NCBI RefSeq assembly: GCF_936981045.1
Contig: NZ_OW441264.1
Span: 810,001-842,000 of the forward strand
Source: Candidatus Saccharimonadota bacterium
GTDB taxonomy: Bacteria; Bacteroidota; Bacteroidia; Cytophagales; Amoebophilaceae
Reading direction: 5' to 3'
Length of the DNA stretch: 32,000 nucleotides
The stretch's first letter is position 1. Every line of letters begins with the position of its first letter. Shown piece by piece: positions 26,836 through 32,000 of the stretch. Both the position numbers and the translations under genes were made by a program. A model generated the notes under the pieces. That model saw only the letters and a program-made list of their open reading frames with translations. It did no database searches and was not told where the DNA came from.

Positions 26836-26865
26836 AAGATAGATAGCTGTAAGGCTATCTATCTT
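26836..26865. repeat. Perfect 12-bp inverted repeat (hairpin) with a 6-nt loop in the dnaA upstream region
   Basis: AAGATAGATAGC-TGTAAG-GCTATCTATCTT read directly. The loop and stem junction contain AGCTGTAAGG, the core motif of the intergenic repeat module. Confidence 0.8.
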
Positions 26866-27011
26866 ACTGATTGCCTACTTTAGGCACTGATATACACTAT
26901 ACAAACCATACAAAACAACTGGTTCACAAGCGTACATGCTTGTCATGCTCGTGTTTTTGACGTTATACTGGGAGTGACTTAAACCACTAGTATAACCTCC
27001 TTAGCATATCA

Positions 27012-27752
27012 TTAATTTCTTCTTTTTTGCTCTCCTAAAAAACGTAGCAAGTATAAAAAAAGATTTAAGAAATTAAGATAGAGCGAAAATGCACCCATGA
27101 GTGCGGCTTTCTCTACTAGACCAGTCTCTTGTACCTCATAGTAGAGGTTTTTTAATTTCTGGGTGTTGTATGCCACAAAAGCAATGAATACAACTACCCC
27201 TATAAAACTGGTTACAAAATAAACCGCATGACTCTGAAAAAAAATATTTACTACAGTGCTTATAATAAGCCCCCAAATAGCCATCATACAAAAAGAGCCG
27301 ACAGAGGTTAAATCACGGTTGGCCATATAACCATACATACTCATAGCCCCAAAGGTAAAAGCCGTTGTGAGAAAAGTTTTATGTAAAGAATCAGTCGTGT
27401 AAAAAAAAGCTAGTTCAGTCAGTGATATGCCCACAAGTGTAGCATACAACATTAAAAGGAAGCGAGAATGGGCAAATGTTGCCCTAACAAAGTTGCCCGA
27501 TAGATACATAGCAATGCAAAATGGAGCAACCATGATCCCATAACTCAAAAAAGTACGACCTACAATATTTCCCCACTGGTCAAATTCAAAAAGTAAGTTG
27601 GTTAAAGGCGGAAAAGTAAAGGTCGCCGCTGCTGCAACAGCCGTAATCAACAGTCCAAAAGCTATATGCATGTATACCTTAACCATATAGCGCTGCAAAC
27701 CACTATCTACGGCTCGCTTGGCGCGCATGTAATCTCTTATGTAATCATTCAT
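27012..27752 (-). CDS. Bax inhibitor-1/YccA-family integral membrane protein
   Basis: 246-aa ORF with about seven hydrophobic segments. Both the N-terminal YMVKVYMHIAFGLLITA pattern and the basic C-terminus (LLRFLGEQKRRN) are typical of the BI-1/YccA family. Confidence 0.8.
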   Translation of the reverse strand: MNDYIRDYMRAKRAVDSGLQRYMVKVYMHIAFGLLITAVAAAATFTFPPLTNLLFEFDQWGNIVGRTFLSYGIMVAPFCIAMYLSGNFVRATFAHSRFLLMLYATLVGISLTELAFFYTTDSLHKTFLTTAFTFGAMSMYGYMANRDLTSVGSFCMMAIWGLIISTVVNIFFQSHAVYFVTSFIGVVVFIAFVAYNTQKLKNLYYEVQETGLVEKAALMGAFSLYLNFLNLFLYLLRFLGEQKRRN

Positions 27753-27893
27753 CGTTCTTAAATCTTTTAAATAGTTAGTCTACAAACCACTAATCAAATT
27801 TATAAAATATTAGCATAAAATCCAATGCTGGCCTCTAATCGGTAGCTGTTTGGTCGCTTAACCGGTTCTGTCACGTCTACATTTTCGTTAGTA

Positions 27894-28133
27894 ACGTGAG
27901 TTCGGGATTAGATTATTTTTTCATTTGATAATCAATATTAATAAAAATTTATAAAATTTGTTTTATAGACAGTTAAATAGGTAGTTGAATAACAAATAAT
28001 TCTGATAATCAGTTTATTATATATATTATATTTATAAAATTAGATATAAAAACTTGTTAAATAGGTGCAAATATTAACTAAATAATTGACATTAAATTTT
28101 TGTAAATCAGTCAAATAAATCCCGAACTCACGT
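27894..28133 (-). mobile_element. 240-bp MITE-like element, copy 5 (inverted orientation)
   Basis: It has the same terminal inverted repeats and interior as the other copies. The flanking pentamers differ (TAGTA versus TATTA). Confidence 0.85.
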
Positions 28134-28653
28134 TATTATTCAAGTATTTGTTTTGAAATATTTGAATGGTATGATCTTGATCAAGTTCTGTATTGACCGC
28201 ATCAAAGGCAGCTTTATTACTACCGCTTTTGTCAATTACTACTTTCTTAGGAATATTATTTTCTGTGATCGCCTTACGAAAAAAAGAAAAAGCTGCAGAC
28301 TTGTCTCTATGCTCAGATAGAAAAAAGTCAACTGTATCACCATAACGATCTACTGCTCTATATAAATAGATCCACTTCCCGTTTAGTTTAACATAGGTTT
28401 CATCCATTCTCCAACTACCACCAACTGGTCGTTTTCTTTTGCTTACTGCTTCATCTATAAGAGGAACAAACTTAATAACCCATCTTTGTAGCGTAGAACG
28501 ATCAACTCTTGCGCCTCTCATACGCATCATCTCTTCCAAATCTCTATAGCTCAAGGAAAAACGACACTTCATCTAGACAAATAACAGGATGACTTCTGCT
28601 GAAGAACAATAGCCCTTAAAATAAGGTAATAATTTGGGCGAAATACTAGACAT
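28134..28653 (-). pseudogene. IS6-family transposase of copy Z, C-terminally truncated by the MITE and deletion, with the same in-frame TAG as copy X
   Basis: The ATG at 28653 gives MSSISPKLLPYFKGYCSSAEVILLFV, then TAG, then MKCRFSLSYRDLEEMMRMRGARVD...QNKYLNN. The reading frame then runs into MITE sequence. Confidence 0.8.
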
Positions 28654-28749
28654 AATAACTACTTTTTTAACTATAGATACTAAAATAATGATTTTTTAGA
28701 ATAAACGCGACAGAACCGGTTTAAGGCCGCACCGTTGGCTAAACAGATG

Positions 28750-30021
28750 CTAATGCATTATATTAAACCCTGTATACGATTGTAAGACTTTTGGAATATG
28801 AATCCCTTCTGGAGTTTGATTCCATTCTAACAGTGCAGCTAGAATACGTGGAAGGGCTAATCCACTTCCATTTAAGGTATGTAAAAGACAACTTTTCTTA
28901 TTTTTATCTTTATACCTTAGCGATAACCTATTGGATTGGAAGGTTTCAAAATTACTAATTGAACTCACTTCTAACCACTTACTTTGGGCTATAGCATATA
29001 CTTCTATATCGTAGGTCATAGCAGCGCAAAAACCTAAATCTCCATTACAAAGTTTTACAACGCGATAAGCTAGTTCTAGCTGTTCTACTAACCCTTGCAC
29101 ATAGGCTAGCATCTCTTCTAGGTTGGCATAAGACTGGTCAGGATGACAAATCTGAACCAGTTCTACCTTATCAAATTGATGGAGTCTATTCAGTCCACGT
29201 ACATCAGCTCCCCAAGAACCTGCTTCGCGCCTAAAGCAAGGCGTATATCCTACATGTTTAATAGGTAATGCAGCCTCTGCTACCATAGTATCACGATAGA
29301 TATTTGTGATAGATACCTCAGCAGTAGGTATCAGATATAATTGTGCCGATGGTATCTGATACATTTGATCTTCTTTGTCAGGTAGTTGACCCGTTGCATA
29401 GGCAGATGCCTCGTTTACTAAAATAGGGGGTTGAATTTCTGTATAGCCTGATTTTGATGCTTGATCCAAAAAAAAGTTGATTAAAGCACGTTGTAGCTTA
29501 GCACCTTTTCCTTTGTATACTGGAAAACCGGCACCTGTAATTTTATTGCCCAGTTCAAAGTCAACTAAGTCATATTTTTTAATTAAATCCCAGTGGGCCC
29601 AATGCCCGCTTCTGCGACTTGGTGGCGTTTGATAAATAATCAAATTGTCTTCAGCATGGCTGCCAATGGGTACGCTTTCATGAGGCAGGTTGGGTAGCGC
29701 ATAGAGCCGCTCTAACAGAGATGATGTATATTCCTTGACCTTTTGGGTCAACTGCTTGGCCGTTGTTTTTAATCTATTAATTTCGCTCTTTTTGCCCTCT
29801 AATAGGGCTGTTTCACCTTGTAAGCGCCGTGCACTTCCTATTTCCCTGTTTAGTTTGTTTAGTGTAGCAGCTAGGTTGTCTAGTTGGGATTGTGTCGCCC
29901 GTTTTGCTATGTCCAGTCTGAATATGACTTCTACGAGCTCTTCTGCATTGGGTAAACCTCTTTTATGGAGGCCATCTATTACTGCCTTTTTATCTGTTCT
30001 TATACGATGTAAGTCAATCAT
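28750..30021 (-). CDS. serS: Seryl-tRNA synthetase
   Basis: From the ATG at 30021 the protein reads MIDLHRIRTDKKAVIDGLHKRGL... (coiled-coil arm). The class II core follows (TAEVSITN, FRREAGSWGADVRGLNRLHQFDKVE, GSGLALPR). The longer track ORF adds 57 non-conserved residues. Confidence 0.92.
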   Translation of the reverse strand: MIDLHRIRTDKKAVIDGLHKRGLPNAEELVEVIFRLDIAKRATQSQLDNLAATLNKLNREIGSARRLQGETALLEGKKSEINRLKTTAKQLTQKVKEYTSSLLERLYALPNLPHESVPIGSHAEDNLIIYQTPPSRRSGHWAHWDLIKKYDLVDFELGNKITGAGFPVYKGKGAKLQRALINFFLDQASKSGYTEIQPPILVNEASAYATGQLPDKEDQMYQIPSAQLYLIPTAEVSITNIYRDTMVAEAALPIKHVGYTPCFRREAGSWGADVRGLNRLHQFDKVELVQICHPDQSYANLEEMLAYVQGLVEQLELAYRVVKLCNGDLGFCAAMTYDIEVYAIAQSKWLEVSSISNFETFQSNRLSLRYKDKNKKSCLLHTLNGSGLALPRILAALLEWNQTPEGIHIPKVLQSYTGFNIMH

Positions 30022-30611
30022 TCTATTTGCGTTTAAACTTTGCAGTATAGCATACATTAGCTTAAAGCTACAGTATTTTAAGCAACCGATCTTTATTTTT
30101 ATTAAAAATGTTGCTTTTTTTGATTTTTTCAAATTATAGTTGTATAATTGCTGGTATTGGTTTGCCATGGGGCTGCATTCGGATTCCTGCATTAATATTC
30201 ATTCCTTGTTACAGCTTTTATATATGCTGTATGTACAGAAATACCCTTATTTTTGGCTATTCTTACTAGATTTAAAAAAGCGAAATCAGAACAAATAAGA
30301 AGGTAGTATGCATATTTAATGCAGATATTACTTCTGCTTGGCAATTAAGATATATTATTAGCTGACGTAAAGATTTACATAACCATACGGTATTGAAGTC
30401 TTACAAGATGGCTTTACTTGAAGTGTGGAAGCGTTTTATTGGTTATAGATTGATGGTCAATTGACAAATAGTATTGGTTGCCTGCATGTTGGCACACTTC
30501 ACTTATATGCCTATGTAATATACGTTACTACTACTCATTTTTAAGAATAATCATTAAGATGATGCATATTATTTTTAATGGGATTTATATTAATTTACAC
30601 CTAACTCAATC

Positions 30612-32000
30612 ATGTACAATATCGGAGAGCTCAATCAAAAGCTTATTTCTGAGTTACGCGAAATAGCAGAAAGATTTAAAGTTAAAAGTTATAAAACGCT
30701 TTCAAAAGAGGAACTTATTTATAAAATATTGGACCAGCAAGCCCTACTTCCTGTAGGGGAGATTCCTCAAAAAAAGAATAACCAGGTGCCTATTGCACTG
30801 CCGCAACCAAAGGAAGTACCCGCATCTGTATTACCAAAAAAAGGGTATGTGAAATCTAGGGCAATAGAAGCACAGGTTGAATTTAGTGTACAAGGCAAAA
30901 ACAGTGAGCCCACAGAGCCAGAAAAATCAGTTGTAACTGAACGTTCTTCTATTTCGACTGTCAAAGAACCAAAGGAGTTACCCCTTTCATTTGAAAAGAG
31001 TAAAAAAGAAGCCGTTATGCTGCATAACCTGGACACCACTATTGAAGGGGAAGGCGTACTAGAGATTATGCAAGATGGCTATGGATTTTTACGTTCATCT
31101 GACTATCATTATTTAGCCAGCCCAGACGATGTCTATGTATCCCCCTCTCAAATCAAGTTATTTAATCTAAAAACAGGTGATACCATTCGTGGCAAAATAC
31201 GACCACCTAAAGAAGGGGAAAAATACTTTGCACTTTTAAAGGTAATTTATATGAATGGTGTCACCACAGAGGAGGGGCGTAATCGTATTCCCTTTGAACA
31301 TCTTACACCGCTTTTTCCACATCATAAGTTGCATATTTCCAATGGGGCCAGTCAATATTCGACACGCATTATGGATTTATTTTCTCCTATTGGTAAGGGG
31401 CAGCGTGGCATGATTGTCGCACAACCTAAGACTGGTAAAACGGTACTATTAAAAGAAATTGCCAATGCCATTGCATCTAATCATCCAGAGGTCTATTTGA
31501 TTGTTCTTTTAATTGGAGAACGTCCAGAGGAGGTGACGGATATGGCTAGGAATGTAAAAGCAGAGGTAATTGCTTCGACCTTTGATGAACAAGCTGAGCG
31601 GCACGTAAAAGTTTCTAATATTGTTTTAGAAAAGGCCAAGAGAATGGTAGAATGTAGTCGTGATGTGGTTATTTTATTGGATTCTATTACCCGATTGGCT
31701 CGGGCGCACAATACGGTTAGTCCCTCTTCTGGAAAGATACTTTCTGGTGGTATTGATGCTAATGCACTGCATAAGCCACAGCGATTTTTTGGTGCAGCCC
31801 GTAATGTGGAGAATGGGGGCTCATTGACTATTTTGGCTACCGCACTTATTGATACAGGCTCTAAAATGGATGAGGTGATTTTTGAAGAATTCAAAGGTAC
31901 GGGTAATATGGAGTTACAATTGGATCGAAAGTTGGCCAACAAACGTATCTATCCCGCTATTGATGTACCTGCTTCTGGAACAAGACATGAAGAGTTATTG
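30612..32000 (+). CDS. rho: Transcription termination factor Rho (partial; C-terminus beyond the window end), with an insertion of about 95 aa in the N-terminal domain
   Basis: Not in the ORF track because it runs off the window. My translation from the ATG at 30612 is open for 463 codons. It reads [22 protein letters not shown]..., then a Pro/Lys/Glu-rich insert, then [20 protein letters not shown]...[18 protein letters not shown]...[10 protein letters not shown]...[14 protein letters not shown]...[23 protein letters not shown]. Confidence 0.9.
   Translation, partial: MYNIGELNQKLISELREIAERFKVKSYKTLSKEELIYKILDQQALLPVGEIPQKKNNQVPIALPQPKEVPASVLPKKGYVKSRAIEAQVEFSVQGKNSEPTEPEKSVVTERSSISTVKEPKELPLSFEKSKKEAVMLHNLDTTIEGEGVLEIMQDGYGFLRSSDYHYLASPDDVYVSPSQIKLFNLKTGDTIRGKIRPPKEGEKYFALLKVIYMNGVTTEEGRNRIPFEHLTPLFPHHKLHISNGASQYSTRIMDLFSPIGKGQRGMIVAQPKTGKTVLLKEIANAIASNHPEVYLIVLLIGERPEEVTDMARNVKAEVIASTFDEQAERHVKVSNIVLEKAKRMVECSRDVVILLDSITRLARAHNTVSPSSGKILSGGIDANALHKPQRFFGAARNVENGGSLTILATALIDTGSKMDEVIFEEFKGTGNMELQLDRKLANKRIYPAIDVPASGTRHEELL

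Larger units (their letters stand above)
27864..28717 (-). mobile_element. IS6-family insertion sequence, copy Z, with a MITE insertion and an internal deletion
   Basis: Termini are GGTTCTGTCACGT (27864) and ACGCGACAGAACC (ends at 28717). Only 30 bp of the 3' end remain before MITE-5. About 245 bp present in copy X between those points are missing. Confidence 0.8.

Noticed and set aside
5644-28133. The possibility that the recurring 240-bp units are a CRISPR array, a satellite or a tandem repeat.
   Set aside because: The copies are dispersed and lie in both orientations. They are 240 bp long with terminal inverted repeats and target-site duplications, and there are no short regular spacers. 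This is transposable-element architecture, not CRISPR.
30193-30611. A structured RNA or riboswitch in the serS-rho divergent intergenic region.
   Set aside because: I could not recognise any known riboswitch or T-box core, and only AT-rich sequence is visible. The region is mentioned only as a long potential rho leader.
31493-31942. Minus-strand ORFs at 31493-31942 and 30767-31039.
   Set aside because: Both are antisense to the uninterrupted, strongly conserved Rho reading frame, so they are shadow ORFs.

Overview
The window is an AT-rich, Bacteroidota-type chromosomal segment. Ordinary housekeeping genes are interleaved with an unusually dense load of decaying mobile DNA. By inference only, this resembles the IS-saturated genome of an amoeba endosymbiont of the Candidatus Amoebophilus type.

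Housekeeping content:
- tig (partial; runs off the left edge), tRNA-Leu(UAG), sppA, tRNA-Ile(GAU) and recQ.
- A DUF3108 protein, gatA, dut, dusB and an AsnC/Lrp regulator.
- glyA, dnaA, a BI-1/YccA membrane protein, serS and rho (partial; runs off the right edge).

Mobile content:
- Three 1002-bp IS982-family copies. One is inserted inside another, and only one has an intact transposase.
- Two IS256-family remnants.
- Three IS6-family copies, all defective.
- A group II intron with an RT/maturase ORF, sitting inside one IS6 transposase gene.
- Five copies of a 240-bp non-coding element bounded by terminal inverted repeats (MITE-like). Its termini match the IS982-like IS, and it sits mostly inside other IS transposase genes.

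Other accessory content:
- A signal-peptide ankyrin-repeat protein whose ATG lies 2 bp from an IS6 end.
- An orphan lipoprotein.
- A J-domain remnant.
- A diverged intergenic repeat module found upstream of several plus-strand genes.

I found no CRISPR array, no rRNA and no obvious multi-gene defence or secretion locus. The most unusual structure is the layered IS, MITE and intron architecture. All calls come from reading the sequence and the ORF track by eye, so element ends are accurate to a few bp. The intron 3' boundary is unresolved.
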